From contig OZ251539.1 in NCBI GenBank assembly GCA_965243135.1, positions 352,001 to 416,000 on the forward strand: a stretch of DNA of 64,000 nt. The letters run 5' to 3'. The notes beneath the pieces were generated by a model. It searched no databases, was not told the DNA's origin, and worked only from the letters and a program-made list of their open reading frames with translations. Positions 40,616 to 50,755 of the stretch are shown piece by piece; the first letter of the stretch is position 1; each line of letters opens with the position of its first letter. The position numbers were made by a program, and so were the translations under genes. The stretch is from Alphaproteobacteria bacterium. GTDB taxonomy: Bacteria > Pseudomonadota > Alphaproteobacteria > MPNO01 > UBA830.

Positions 40616-42381
40616 TCAGGGTTACCTCTAAGGTTTCGCTCATTTCCGAGGTGCTGGACTCGGGGCGGCTCGAGGTTCCGTGGCATCAGCGTTACTACGA
40701 CTGGAAGGAGGAGCAGGTCGGCGATCTGCTCTTCGACCTCAGGGACGCCGTGGGCGCCGGCAAGTCGTGCTACTTCCTCGGGTCGATCATGTTGGTCAAG
40801 ATGCCCGGCGGAAGACTGCGGCGGATCAACGACGGCCAGCAGCGCCTGATCACGCTGTCCCTGATCGTCGCCGCGCTTTGCCGCCGGTTCGCACGGAGGC
40901 AGCCTCGCGACGGGAAACGGGAAATGCTCGGGCTGCGTGTGCTGTTCGAACGCTCGCCGAACGAGACCTCCCAGCTGGCGCAGGCGTCGAGATACACGCC
41001 GCGGATTGAACCGCCGAGAAACGACAAGTCGCGCTACGTCCAAGTCATTCGCGGGCACGACATCGGGACGAACGGTCTCCTCACCGCCGCGTGGAGCGTG
41101 ATCGAAATCTTCGTCGACGTGATGAGCACGGCGGACGCCGAGGCGTTCTTCGACTTTCTCATGCAGAAGGTGGAAGTGTCCGTTCTGGACATACCGGCGG
41201 ACGTCGACGCGAATTCCGTCTTCGAGGCGCTGAACGCGCGCGGCAAGCCGCTCGACGACGTCGATCTGATACGGAACCGGCTGTATTCGTATTTCTCGGG
41301 GCCGGAGGAATCGACCCGCCGCGAGACGGTTCACGAGAACCTGGAACGCACCCTCGTGATCGGCCGCCTCGCCAGCAAGGTGCAGGAGTATTTCCGCTGC
41401 TACCTGCAGTGCCGTTACGGCTATCTGCAAAAGGCGCGGTTCTACCGGGACGCGCGCAACAACATTGAAAAAGCGATCGGTTCGCAAAATGCGGCTGATT
41501 ACATCTTTGAGCTCGTCGAAGGGCTGGGGAGAGAGGAGGGGATCGAGCTGTTCCGGACGATCACCTCCACGCGTCCCAACCCGAACTTCGAGAAGCTTTT
41601 GCCGACGGCCTCCGCGAAACGCGGACCGACCGTTCTGTTGGGAGAACTGCAGGGCTACAAGGTGTCGCATCCGTTGGTGTTCGCGTTGCTGCATCGCTTC
41701 ATCGACGGAAACGACCGGAATGCCAAGCGGCGAATCTGGCAGGCGGCGCTGCGCAGCCTGAAAAACCTGTCGTCGTTCGTGATGCGCACTGCCTTTGCCG
41801 CGCCGAAATTCGAGCCGTCCAAGTTCGAAGCCGCTTTCGCGAACATGGCGAAGAGCGTGTTCGAGGGCGACGACTTCCAGTCTCTCGACATCCTCGACGA
41901 TCTTGAGGCGAACGACGAATACAGCGTCATGAACGATGCGAACTTCGTCCGGCGCATGACCGATATCGAGTTCCGCGACGCGAAGAAGGCAAGGCGTTAC
42001 CTGTTCGGCATCAACGCCAGAAACCAGCCGGGGTCGGGGGTGCTGAGAGAAGACCGCTGCAGCCTGGAGCATGTGCTGCCGCAGTCCGAAGACCACTGGG
42101 TGGGATGGCCGGAATTCGGCGATCCGGAACGTTGGGTTCACCGGGCCGGCAACATGGTCGTGGTCGCGGACAAGGAGAACAGGCCGGGTGCCGACTACAA
42201 TCGGGATTACGCCGCGAAGAAGCGGGTCTTTGCCGGCAGCGCGTTGCTCATGCCGCGCGAGGTGGCGGAAGCCTGCGAAGAATGGACGTCCGAGGTGGTG
42301 GAGCGGCGTTCTGCGGAGCTGGCGAAAGAAGCCGCAGAAACCTGGCAGTTCGTGAACAACCAGGGGCATAGAAGGAAATGA
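40612..42381 (+). CDS. DUF262 + DUF1524 protein (GmrSD/SspE-like NTPase-HNH nuclease)
   Basis: VPWHQRYYDW, YFLGSI, NDGQQRLIT, VFEALNARGKPL, SLEHVLPQ...GNMV...N; ATGA overlap with dndC. Confidence 0.88.
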   Translation: MIRVTSKVSLISEVLDSGRLEVPWHQRYYDWKEEQVGDLLFDLRDAVGAGKSCYFLGSIMLVKMPGGRLRRINDGQQRLITLSLIVAALCRRFARRQPRDGKREMLGLRVLFERSPNETSQLAQASRYTPRIEPPRNDKSRYVQVIRGHDIGTNGLLTAAWSVIEIFVDVMSTADAEAFFDFLMQKVEVSVLDIPADVDANSVFEALNARGKPLDDVDLIRNRLYSYFSGPEESTRRETVHENLERTLVIGRLASKVQEYFRCYLQCRYGYLQKARFYRDARNNIEKAIGSQNAADYIFELVEGLGREEGIELFRTITSTRPNPNFEKLLPTASAKRGPTVLLGELQGYKVSHPLVFALLHRFIDGNDRNAKRRIWQAALRSLKNLSSFVMRTAFAAPKFEPSKFEAAFANMAKSVFEGDDFQSLDILDDLEANDEYSVMNDANFVRRMTDIEFRDAKKARRYLFGINARNQPGSGVLREDRCSLEHVLPQSEDHWVGWPEFGDPERWVHRAGNMVVVADKENRPGADYNRDYAAKKRVFAGSALLMPREVAEACEEWTSEVVERRSAELAKEAAETWQFVNNQGHRRK

Positions 42382-42509
42382 TCGGGCGCGGCAGGCGGTG
42401 TTGACGGCCGAGCCGCAGTTTCGGATTTGCAGAGATCGCCAAAAACTGGTTTCTTGGACGGAAGCGGGCAAGTAAGGTGCGGCCCGCTAATCCCGAAAGG
42501 AAGGACACT

Positions 42510-43037
42510 ATGAGAAACAAGTGCATGATCGAGGCTGCCCTGATTGCGGCGTTCGTTCTTGGAGCGTGCAATCATCAGTATCGTCCCAAGGTGATACCTG
42601 TCACGACACAGTTCGATCCTCATGAGGTTAGTTATATCAACGACGTGGGGGATAATGAGATAAAAGGGCAAGCGTTTTTGAGGCAGAAAGGTGGTGGGAT
42701 AGTTACATGCGCTGGGTTCGAAGTCTACCTTATTCCAAGAGGGGCTTATTCGAAGGAAAGGTTTTTTATTATCTACGGGACAACGGAAAGGGTCGCGCAT
42801 GCGCAATTGAGAAGGAGTAGCGTTCCAAGTGACCCAGAACCTATGTACTTGCAAATGGTAAAATCTACCAAGTGCGACGCACAAGGTGATTTTACTTTCT
42901 CTGGTGTAGCTGACGGTAGTTATTTTGTCGCAACGACCGTGTATTGGCAGGTGGGTAAAATTGAGCAGGGATTCCGACTGATGTCGCCGGTTACAGTTAA
43001 GGGTGAAGAAACAAGGGCTCTCATCATCTCTATTTGA
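42510..43037 (+). CDS. Putative lipoprotein, low GC
   Basis: Lipobox LGAC; IKGQAFLRQKGG...CDAQGDFTFSGV...YFV. Confidence 0.8.
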   Translation: MRNKCMIEAALIAAFVLGACNHQYRPKVIPVTTQFDPHEVSYINDVGDNEIKGQAFLRQKGGGIVTCAGFEVYLIPRGAYSKERFFIIYGTTERVAHAQLRRSSVPSDPEPMYLQMVKSTKCDAQGDFTFSGVADGSYFVATTVYWQVGKIEQGFRLMSPVTVKGEETRALIISI

Positions 43038-43330
43038 GGGGATTTCCAAGCAGGTTATTGAGAAACGGGCCTCATAGCGAGGCGCGGCCGCTTTCGTTCA
43101 TCTTGTTCCTCGCGTCATCGCCTGCCGGATGGGTTTTCCTTATTCATCGTTTCCGGTCATGGTGCTTCCACAGAGCTGATGCCGGGGCCGGGGATTTATC
43201 CTGGACACCGACATACCGAAGTCGTACGGCTTGATCAGGGAACAACGGGTCGGCGCTAACCGCGAAAATTGGACAGATGATTGACGGGATTGATAGGATG
43301 TGAATGGCAAGAGATTTCGGGGAAGGAAAT

Positions 43331-45013
43331 ATGCGACGGTTTCGTTTTTCCGCGATGGTGCCGTTTGCGGCGGCAGCGGTGCTGTCTGCTGCGACCTCCG
43401 TCAATGCGATAGTCGATAGTGAAAACGAACTTTGGAGCGCCGTGCGGATATCGGGCAATCCCGATACCGCCCAGCGGTCGCCTGCCGTGGGCGCGAACCC
43501 GAACGTTCCGCAAAGCGCTGGCCGAACCGCGGTTCGTCTGGCGTCCGATACGACTTCGCCAGCGGTGCGGCCGGGCGGCGGCGCACCGGAACGCAAGGCC
43601 GATGTTGCGAACGGAAAAGGCGAAACTTCTCTCCGCCTCGTGGCCGAAGCGCATCGATCCTCCGCTGGCTTGCTATGGAGTGCCGCTCGGACGCCGGGCA
43701 ATCTGGAAATCGTCCGCCGGCTGCTTGCCTCGGGCGTGAATCCGAACATTCCGGACGATGCGGGCCGAACAGCGGTTCATCGGGCAGCGAGCGGCGGCGG
43801 TCCTCGGATACTCGCTGCGCTGCTTCGCGCGGGCGGCAAACCGAACGTTCGTGATCGCGACGGCAACGCGCCGTTGCACATCGCCATCAAGGCGGGCGGG
43901 AGCGAAGGCAAAGTCGAGGCCGTCGAGGCGCTTCTGGCGGCCGGAGCGGATCCATGCCTCAAGGATGCAACGGGGCTGACACCGTACCGCATGGCCGCGG
44001 ACGGCGGCCCCATCCGCCGCGCTCTTGGCCGGGCCGGGGGCAACGAGTGGACGTGCGGGAGAAACGGAAAGCGCACCATGCGGGTTGCGGCTCGCACCAA
44101 CGTGAGGTCGGGACCGGGACCGCACCACGCCAGGATCGGAACGCTAGACGCTGGCTACGAGGTCAAGGTGGCGGGGAAAATCGGTGACTGGTTGCGCATT
44201 GAGATGCCGGGCGGAGAAGGATATGTCCGCGTCGAGCGGATGATCGATACGGCGTTCGTCGCCAGCCTTGAGCCGAAATGCGATGGATTTTCCCACGAGT
44301 GCTTGGATTGCGGGCTCTTGCCTGACAGGCCCGCATGCCGGATCTGCCGGGACTTCCCCGTTTGCTGGAGACAGCTCTCCAATCGTCCGGAATGCTATCT
44401 GCTGGTTCCCAATAATGATGGTCGCAATCGGTCCCTGAATTGGTCGGGATCCTGTTCCGGCGGCGTCGCCAACGGCCAAGGGAAGCTATCGTCGTCACGG
44501 AACTCGATTGTAGAGACCGGAATGCTCGTGGGCGGCAAGAAACATGGACCATGGATCGGTGAATTTTTGAGTTCTTTTTCCTCGGCACTAGATTTTGCTA
44601 CCTATGTGGACGGAAAGAGAGATGGGCTGTGGATCAGCAGGTCCAAGCTCAGGATAGGCAAGAGCAACGAGGTGAGCACGAATATTAGCGCCTATGTGAA
44701 CGGCAAGGAAGATGGAAAATCATCGTTCAGTGTGAGAAATGGTGGTGCCTCCATGGGCGCTTATGTAAACGGCAAGAGGCACGGACAATGGGTCGATGTA
44801 TCCAACTCCCTCGTCACCGTAGGCGCCTATGTAAACGGCAAGAGGCACGGACGATGGGTTGAACTGTTTGGATTAAGCCGACCCGGCGGAGTAGTCTCGA
44901 CAGGTGTCTATGTGGACGGTCGGAAGCACGGACGATGGAAGAGACGCTCGATCACGACCTGCGAAATCGTCGAATACGAATCGGGCTGGTTTGCAAGAAA
45001 AAGAAAATGCTGA
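43331..45013 (+). CDS. Secreted mosaic protein: ankyrin repeats + bacterial SH3 + Cys-rich segment + MORN-like repeats
   Basis: GRTAVHRAA, GNAPLHIA; TNVRSGPG...DWLRI...GYV; repeated YVNGKRHGxW. Confidence 0.85.
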   Translation: MRRFRFSAMVPFAAAAVLSAATSVNAIVDSENELWSAVRISGNPDTAQRSPAVGANPNVPQSAGRTAVRLASDTTSPAVRPGGGAPERKADVANGKGETSLRLVAEAHRSSAGLLWSAARTPGNLEIVRRLLASGVNPNIPDDAGRTAVHRAASGGGPRILAALLRAGGKPNVRDRDGNAPLHIAIKAGGSEGKVEAVEALLAAGADPCLKDATGLTPYRMAADGGPIRRALGRAGGNEWTCGRNGKRTMRVAARTNVRSGPGPHHARIGTLDAGYEVKVAGKIGDWLRIEMPGGEGYVRVERMIDTAFVASLEPKCDGFSHECLDCGLLPDRPACRICRDFPVCWRQLSNRPECYLLVPNNDGRNRSLNWSGSCSGGVANGQGKLSSSRNSIVETGMLVGGKKHGPWIGEFLSSFSSALDFATYVDGKRDGLWISRSKLRIGKSNEVSTNISAYVNGKEDGKSSFSVRNGGASMGAYVNGKRHGQWVDVSNSLVTVGAYVNGKRHGRWVELFGLSRPGGVVSTGVYVDGRKHGRWKRRSITTCEIVEYESGWFARKRKC

Positions 45014-45393
45014 CAGAGGTTCCCGGATCCGCATGGTCCGGCGTCTGCCGTCGTCGGCGGTCGAGCTTTCGGAAGCGGAACGGATAGCGCGAGGTTTGCA
45101 GGGATGCGCATCGCAGCCAGAGACGAAACAAGGGCATTGCGCCGCGACGTTCGCGCTCAATGTGAAACCGTGCGTCGGCGCGCCTTTCAGGCACCGTTAG
45201 CGCGTTCGGGCAACCTCTCGGCGATCTCCCCGCTTTCGGGCGGCCGGTTGCGGTCTTTTGATCGGGAGGCCCCGGACCTGTTCGCTTGCTGCACGGTGAA
45301 TTCCGTCCGAATCGGAGCGAGACGCTCCGTCATCGTTCCTGCTGGCTTCCCTGGGCGTTTGAGAGAGAGAAAGGTTTCCTGGATATCTCTCGG

Positions 45394-46776
45394 ATGACCG
45401 ACTCGAGCGACGCTTTGCAGTTGCGCCATCGCGCCGAAAAACGGCTCGGGGTGCCGGCCTCATTGCACGACTACCAGTGGGAAGGCGTCTCCTTTCTGTA
45501 CCGGTCCCGCTCCGCGCTTCTCGCCGACGAGATGGGCCTCGGGAAGACGGTGCAGACTTCGGTTGCGCTCGCGCTTCTCCTCAACGGACGAAGCGGCGTC
45601 GGCCGCGTCCTGATCGTCGCGCCGGCGTCCCTGACGACGAACTGGATGGACGAACTCGAAACCTGGGCGCCCACCATCGCCGCCCGGCGCATGCAGGGAA
45701 ACGCCCGCGCCCGCGAGGCGTTCTACCTGCTCCCGATCCCGGTCCTCGTCGGATCCTACGAGCAGATCCGGCAAGACGGCCTTGACCGTATCCCGGCCAA
45801 CACCTTCGACCTCGTCGTCCTCGACGAGGCACAACGGATCAAGAACAGGAACTCCGCCACGGCGCTGGCCTGCCGGCTGCTGCCGCGGACGCGTTCTTGG
45901 GCGCTTTCGGCCACCCCGCTCGAGAACGACCCCAGCGACGTGGTCTCGATCCTGAGTTTTCTCGATCCGGAAATCAGACCCGGCGAATCCCCGTTTCGCC
46001 TGCGCGCCCGTCTCGACGCGATGATGCTGCGACGGCGCAAGCTTGAGGTCCGGGCCGAGTTGCCGCCGGTCATCCTTCAGGATCTCAGGCTCGATCTCTC
46101 CGGGGTTCAGCGCAATGCCTATGACGAGCTGTGGGAAAAGCGCGCGGAGACGATCAGAGAAGGAGCGGAGGGCGGCGACCCCGGCGCGGCCATACTCGGC
46201 CTGATCACGCGACTCAAGATGGTCTGCAATTTCGTCGAGGATGCCTCTTCCAAATTCGAGGCGCTCGAGGTGATCGCCGAAGGGGCGGGGAAGTCCGGCA
46301 GGATTCTCGTGTTCTCGCAGTTCGTGAGAACGCTGCAGTGGGCTTCCGACCGGTTGAAGCTTCCACACGGATTTCTTACGGGGGCGATGACGCCCGCCGA
46401 AAGGCAGGCGGCCATCGACGAATTCAGGCACGGGCCGGCGCCGAGAGTCCTTTTGGTATCCCTCCGCGCCGGCGGCGTGGGCCTCAATCTGGGCGAGGCC
46501 ACCCATGTGGTCCTCTTCGACAGGTGGTGGAACCCGGCCGTCGAGAACCAGGCGATCTACCGCGCGCACCGCTTCGACCGCGAAGAGCCGTTGCATGTCG
46601 TCCGATTTCTGGCTACGGATACGATCGAAGAGCGCATCTCTGAGATCCTGGAGCAAAAGGAGCTTCTGTTCGACGAGGTCGTGGAGACGGCCGGGGCCGA
46701 AGCGCGGCGCTTTACCCGCAATGAATTGATCCGTATTCTTGAGATCTCGAATCTCTTTCCGGCGTCGGAGGCGTAA
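45394..46776 (+). CDS. Stand-alone SNF2-family ATPase/helicase
   Basis: LLADEMGLGKT, VLDEAQRIKN, SATPLEN, LVFSQF, GGVGLNL, DRWWNPAVENQA..RAHR. Confidence 0.93.
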   Translation: MTDSSDALQLRHRAEKRLGVPASLHDYQWEGVSFLYRSRSALLADEMGLGKTVQTSVALALLLNGRSGVGRVLIVAPASLTTNWMDELETWAPTIAARRMQGNARAREAFYLLPIPVLVGSYEQIRQDGLDRIPANTFDLVVLDEAQRIKNRNSATALACRLLPRTRSWALSATPLENDPSDVVSILSFLDPEIRPGESPFRLRARLDAMMLRRRKLEVRAELPPVILQDLRLDLSGVQRNAYDELWEKRAETIREGAEGGDPGAAILGLITRLKMVCNFVEDASSKFEALEVIAEGAGKSGRILVFSQFVRTLQWASDRLKLPHGFLTGAMTPAERQAAIDEFRHGPAPRVLLVSLRAGGVGLNLGEATHVVLFDRWWNPAVENQAIYRAHRFDREEPLHVVRFLATDTIEERISEILEQKELLFDEVVETAGAEARRFTRNELIRILEISNLFPASEA

Positions 46777-46779
46777 GTC

Positions 46780-47607
46780 ATGGCGAAGATCGTCGCATAC
46801 AGGGAAATACCGCTCGACAGCTTGACCATAGGCAAGGGACAAGCGGGTACGCATACGGAGTCGCGCATCAAGGAGCTCGATGAACTGGCCGAGAGCATTA
46901 AGGTGCAGGGTTTGCTGCAACCGATTGTCGTCTGCGAGGCACGGGAAGCCGGAAAATGGGAAATTCTTGCCGGTCAGCGGCGTTTCCTCGCGCACAGGCA
47001 TCTGAAAAGGGAGACGATATCCGCTGCGGTTCTCGACGGCCGCATCGACCCGACCGACGCGAAGGCCATTTCGGTCACCGAGAACCTGGTAAGGCTTCAG
47101 CTTTCCGGGAAGGAACTAACGGACAGTATCCGGGTTCTGTACAATAGGTACGCAAGCGTAAGAGCAGTGGCGGAGGCGACCGGCATTCCCCAAGCGAAAA
47201 TCAGACGCTACCTGAAATCCGACCGGCTCATTCCTGAGTTGAAGAGAATGGTCGACGATAACGAAATCGATATCAACGCTGCCTTGGATGCCCAAGACGC
47301 TGCCGACGACGACGGACAACCGGATCCCGACGTCGCCGTTAAGTTGGCGTGGGAAATGAAGCCGATGACGAACGTGCAGCGGCGGAAGCTCGCCGATAAG
47401 CGCAGGGAAAATCCGGAGAAGCCGATCGACGACGTTATCGAGGAAGCGAAGACCGGGGTGAAAGTGATCCAGGTCGTCGCGACAGTGACGCAGACAACGC
47501 ACAGCGCCATCCGGAGATACGCGAGAGAAGAAAAAACCAACCAGGATGAGGCTGTGGTCGCCCTTATCGAAGAGGCGTTGACCGGCCACGGTCTCTTGGA
47601 ACAGTAG
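46780..47607 (+). CDS. ParB/Srx N-terminal domain protein with HTH
   Basis: LAESIKVQGLLQPIVV, ILAGQRRFLA, ENLVR; no parA neighbour. Confidence 0.88.
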   Translation: MAKIVAYREIPLDSLTIGKGQAGTHTESRIKELDELAESIKVQGLLQPIVVCEAREAGKWEILAGQRRFLAHRHLKRETISAAVLDGRIDPTDAKAISVTENLVRLQLSGKELTDSIRVLYNRYASVRAVAEATGIPQAKIRRYLKSDRLIPELKRMVDDNEIDINAALDAQDAADDDGQPDPDVAVKLAWEMKPMTNVQRRKLADKRRENPEKPIDDVIEEAKTGVKVIQVVATVTQTTHSAIRRYAREEKTNQDEAVVALIEEALTGHGLLEQ

Positions 47608-48333
47608 ATGCTGCCGGGACTGAACGCGCTCGAGCTCGGGCGCCTTCGGCTGTCGGTCGGGTACGGGACGCACAAGAAGGGGCGCCCGTTATCCCCGGCC
47701 GAGGTCGGCCAACTGCTTCGCCAAGCCCGCAGCGCCGGAGTCACTCTCAAGGATTGCGCGAAAGCGATCCAGCTGAACGGGACGGGCCATATCGGCCGTT
47801 TTCTTCGCATTCTGGAATTGCCCCAGGACGTCCTTCACCTGGTGGATTGGGGGCATCCCGGCGACGGCGTCGCGTTTTCCTGCGCCGTGGAAATGACAAG
47901 TCTGGAGAACGACGACGACAAGCGTGCCGTCGCCCGATCGATTCTTGCCCATGGTCTGGAAAGCAAGGAGGTTCGTCAGGTTGCGCAACTCCGAAAACGT
48001 TCCGGGCGTTTCATCGGCGAATGCGTTGAAGAGATCCTAGGCATGCGTCCGACGGTCGAGAAGCGTTATGTCTTCATCGGGGTGGTCACTGAAGAAAGCC
48101 TTGCAAATGCTCTCGGCGAGCTCACGCAGCGCGAACGGGATGCGATTTTGGATTCCGGTATCGAACGGCTTGAGCTTTCCGGCGGCTCCGGCCGGCTCGG
48201 GCAAAGATTTTTCACCCTTGTCGGCGATGACCGGTTCGGGGCCTCGATGGAGCGCATCGGCAAGGACAACATTGAGACGATGCTTCTGGCGCAGATTGGC
48301 GAGGCGATCGACGATGCCGCCGCCCATTGTTGA
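47608..48333 (+). CDS. Hypothetical protein with a ParB-C/HTH-like helical segment
   Basis: Starts immediately after the previous stop; LSPAEVG...CAKAI...IGRFLRILELPQDV resembles the ParB HTH region. Confidence 0.7.
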   Translation: MLPGLNALELGRLRLSVGYGTHKKGRPLSPAEVGQLLRQARSAGVTLKDCAKAIQLNGTGHIGRFLRILELPQDVLHLVDWGHPGDGVAFSCAVEMTSLENDDDKRAVARSILAHGLESKEVRQVAQLRKRSGRFIGECVEEILGMRPTVEKRYVFIGVVTEESLANALGELTQRERDAILDSGIERLELSGGSGRLGQRFFTLVGDDRFGASMERIGKDNIETMLLAQIGEAIDDAAAHC

Positions 48334-49348
48334 CGTGTTCGCCAGCGGAACTGTTCGCCTCGGTTCGAAGGTCGTGTGCGACGGATACGCGGAGGGATAT
48401 CCGTTCAGGGTTCAGACGCATGTGCACGAAGACCACATGTCGGAATTCAACAGGAGCAAAGGCGAGCAGGACTTTCTGCTGAGTCCCGAGACGCATGAAC
48501 TGTTGATTGCGGAGCGCAATGCGGACCTCGAATATCGCGACAATTTCATCCGGGTCGCGCGCGGCGCCGAGCGGGAACTCGACGACGGTTCAAGGCTCTC
48601 GCTCGTTGCGTCCAACCACATGCTCGGAGCTTGCCAAGTGGCTCTGGAACTCCCCGACGGAATGCGGATCGGCTATTCCAGCGACTTCGGATGGCCGCTC
48701 GACGAAGTCATCGCGGTGGACGAGCTTGTGGTCGACAGCACATATGGCAGCCCCCGGAGAAGCGTGCGTGGTTATACCCAGGACGAAGCCGAAGCGAGCC
48801 TTTTCGAGATCGTTCACGAACGCCTTCGACATGGCTCCGTGCATATCCATGCCTATTCGGGAACGATCGAGCGGGTTCTGTCCGTTCTCGGAGATAACGT
48901 TGGCGTTCCCATCGTGGCCTCCCGGCAACTGATCCAGAGAGTCGAGGTATATCAGAAGCATGGATTCGCGCCGGGAAGCCTGGAGGAGCTCCGGTCGGAC
49001 GAGGCCCGGCGCGCGATAGCGCACGGCTCCTATGTCCGGCTTTATTCGAAGGGCGACGGCTTCGGCAACGAGCGCCTGGAAGGCACGACGATCACCTGCA
49101 GCGCCTATATGGTGGACACCCGCAACCCGTTGATGATTTTTTCGGACCGGTCCTACAGAGTCGCATTGTCCAACCATGCGGATTTCGAGGAAACGCTCGC
49201 TTACGTCGAAGCGACCGGCGCCAAGCGGGTCGTTACGGACAACACGCGGAGTCATGGCTGCGAACTCGCCATAGCCATCAATGAGCGGCTCGACGACGTG
49301 CGGGCCGTTCCGTCCAGCAACTGTCCGGCTTCTTCCCGGAATACGTGA
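48314..49348 (+). CDS. MBL-fold, beta-CASP-like nuclease
   Basis: THVHEDH, NHMLGA, GYSSDF, VDSTYG, LSNHADF. Confidence 0.85.
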   Translation: MPPPIVDVFASGTVRLGSKVVCDGYAEGYPFRVQTHVHEDHMSEFNRSKGEQDFLLSPETHELLIAERNADLEYRDNFIRVARGAERELDDGSRLSLVASNHMLGACQVALELPDGMRIGYSSDFGWPLDEVIAVDELVVDSTYGSPRRSVRGYTQDEAEASLFEIVHERLRHGSVHIHAYSGTIERVLSVLGDNVGVPIVASRQLIQRVEVYQKHGFAPGSLEELRSDEARRAIAHGSYVRLYSKGDGFGNERLEGTTITCSAYMVDTRNPLMIFSDRSYRVALSNHADFEETLAYVEATGAKRVVTDNTRSHGCELAIAINERLDDVRAVPSSNCPASSRNT

Positions 49349-49571
49349 CGGGTTCCCCGAGATCGCTGTCTGCTGCGATGCGGACGTTCCCATGGGCACC
49401 CGGAAAACGGATCCTGGCAACGAACCGGCCGCCGGCACCGATGGCCGGTCTTCCAGCTACAGGTGAAAATTGGAAGATTTACCGGGTGGGTCGGGCGAAT
49501 TGTTCCGTTCGCGGCAACGGGAGCGATGCAAAACTGACCCCCAGGTCCAGACGGAACGAAGGAGGCAATTC

Positions 49572-50450
49572 ATGGACGACGATTTTCTCGACCGGATCGA
49601 GCGCATCAACGTTCTGCAGACCAAGAAATACCGTGCGCCTCACAAACCGCTGTTGCTTCTTCTCGCCCTCGGTCGCGTTTGGGCCGGGGAACCCCGGCTT
49701 GCGCCTTATGAAACGTTCGAGAGGCCGCTGAAAAAGCTGCTCCTTGATTTCGGACCTCCCCGCAAGGTTCTCCACCCCGAATATCCGTTCGGACATCTTC
49801 TTGCGGACGATCTCTGGCATATTCCCGGCAGCCGCCGTCTACCCACCAGGAAGGGCTCGATTCCCCGGAAAGAGCTGATCCGGACGCAAGGTGGCTTTCC
49901 AAAGCAATTCTACGCGCTTCTCCATAACGACCGGAGGCTCGTTCGGCTTGCCGCGCAACTGTTGCTGGACGGACATTTCCCGCCCTCGCTGCACGACGAC
50001 ATCCTGGCGGCGGCGGGCATGGGATCGATGTTGCGCACGGCCGAGGGTCTGGAAGAAGATCGGGAGTTCAAGGCGAACATCTTTCAGGCCTACGATCGGC
50101 GCTGCGCCATATGCGGCCTCGATCTCCGGATAAATGACAAGCCTGTCGATCTGGACGCGGCGCATATCAGGTGGCGCGCCCAGTGCGGTCCCAACTGCAC
50201 CTCGAACGGGCTTGCGTTGTGCACGCTTCACCACAAGGCTTTCGACAGGGGCGCGCTCGGCCTCAAGCCCGACCGCGGCGGTTACGCGGTGATGGTGTCG
50301 AACCACGTCGCCGGGCGAACCCGGCAGCGGTTTCAGCGTCTTCAAAACAAACAGGTCATTCGTCCCGTAAGCGATACCGATGCGCCGGATCCCGGTTTCG
50401 TAGGTTGGCACCGCCGAGAGGTTTTTCGCTCTCCGGATCTGGGTAGTTGA
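49572..50450 (+). CDS. SBD-HNH phosphorothioate-DNA-binding restriction endonuclease
   Basis: RBS ggagg; RAPHKPLLLL and YPFGHL..D.LW (sulfur-binding-domain-like); CAICG...AAHI...NGLALCTLHHKAFD. Confidence 0.8.
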   Translation: MDDDFLDRIERINVLQTKKYRAPHKPLLLLLALGRVWAGEPRLAPYETFERPLKKLLLDFGPPRKVLHPEYPFGHLLADDLWHIPGSRRLPTRKGSIPRKELIRTQGGFPKQFYALLHNDRRLVRLAAQLLLDGHFPPSLHDDILAAAGMGSMLRTAEGLEEDREFKANIFQAYDRRCAICGLDLRINDKPVDLDAAHIRWRAQCGPNCTSNGLALCTLHHKAFDRGALGLKPDRGGYAVMVSNHVAGRTRQRFQRLQNKQVIRPVSDTDAPDPGFVGWHRREVFRSPDLGS

Positions 50451-50755
50451 CAGCTTCCATGACCGCCGGCGGTCATCGCCCTCCGAAATGGCCGGAGGTT
50501 CTTTTGCCTTTCCCGGACCGACGACCTGTTGCCTGCGGTTTCAGGCTATCGAGCGACGACTGCACCCGGCGGTCGCCAACCCCGCCGCCGCCCGGAGCAA
50601 AGCGGAGGCCGCGCCCAGGACTTGGTGTGGAAATCAGCGTACCAAGTGCTTGATCCGAATCGGCAGGTAGCGATGATGAAGCGGTTCGGAGTCGATCGAT
50701 ACTCGGGCGGTCTCGGCATCGAGCGCGCTAAAGCAACGGGGAAGGGATCCTGGCG

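Noticed and set aside
40132-42471. Long antisense ORFs (also 19920-21617, 45460-47001, 4774-6549, 35022-36590)
   Set aside because: Shadows of real genes caused by high third-position GC
46780-47607. Plasmid partition locus
   Set aside because: No parA/Soj gene or parS repeats nearby; the gene is embedded in a helicase-nuclease operon
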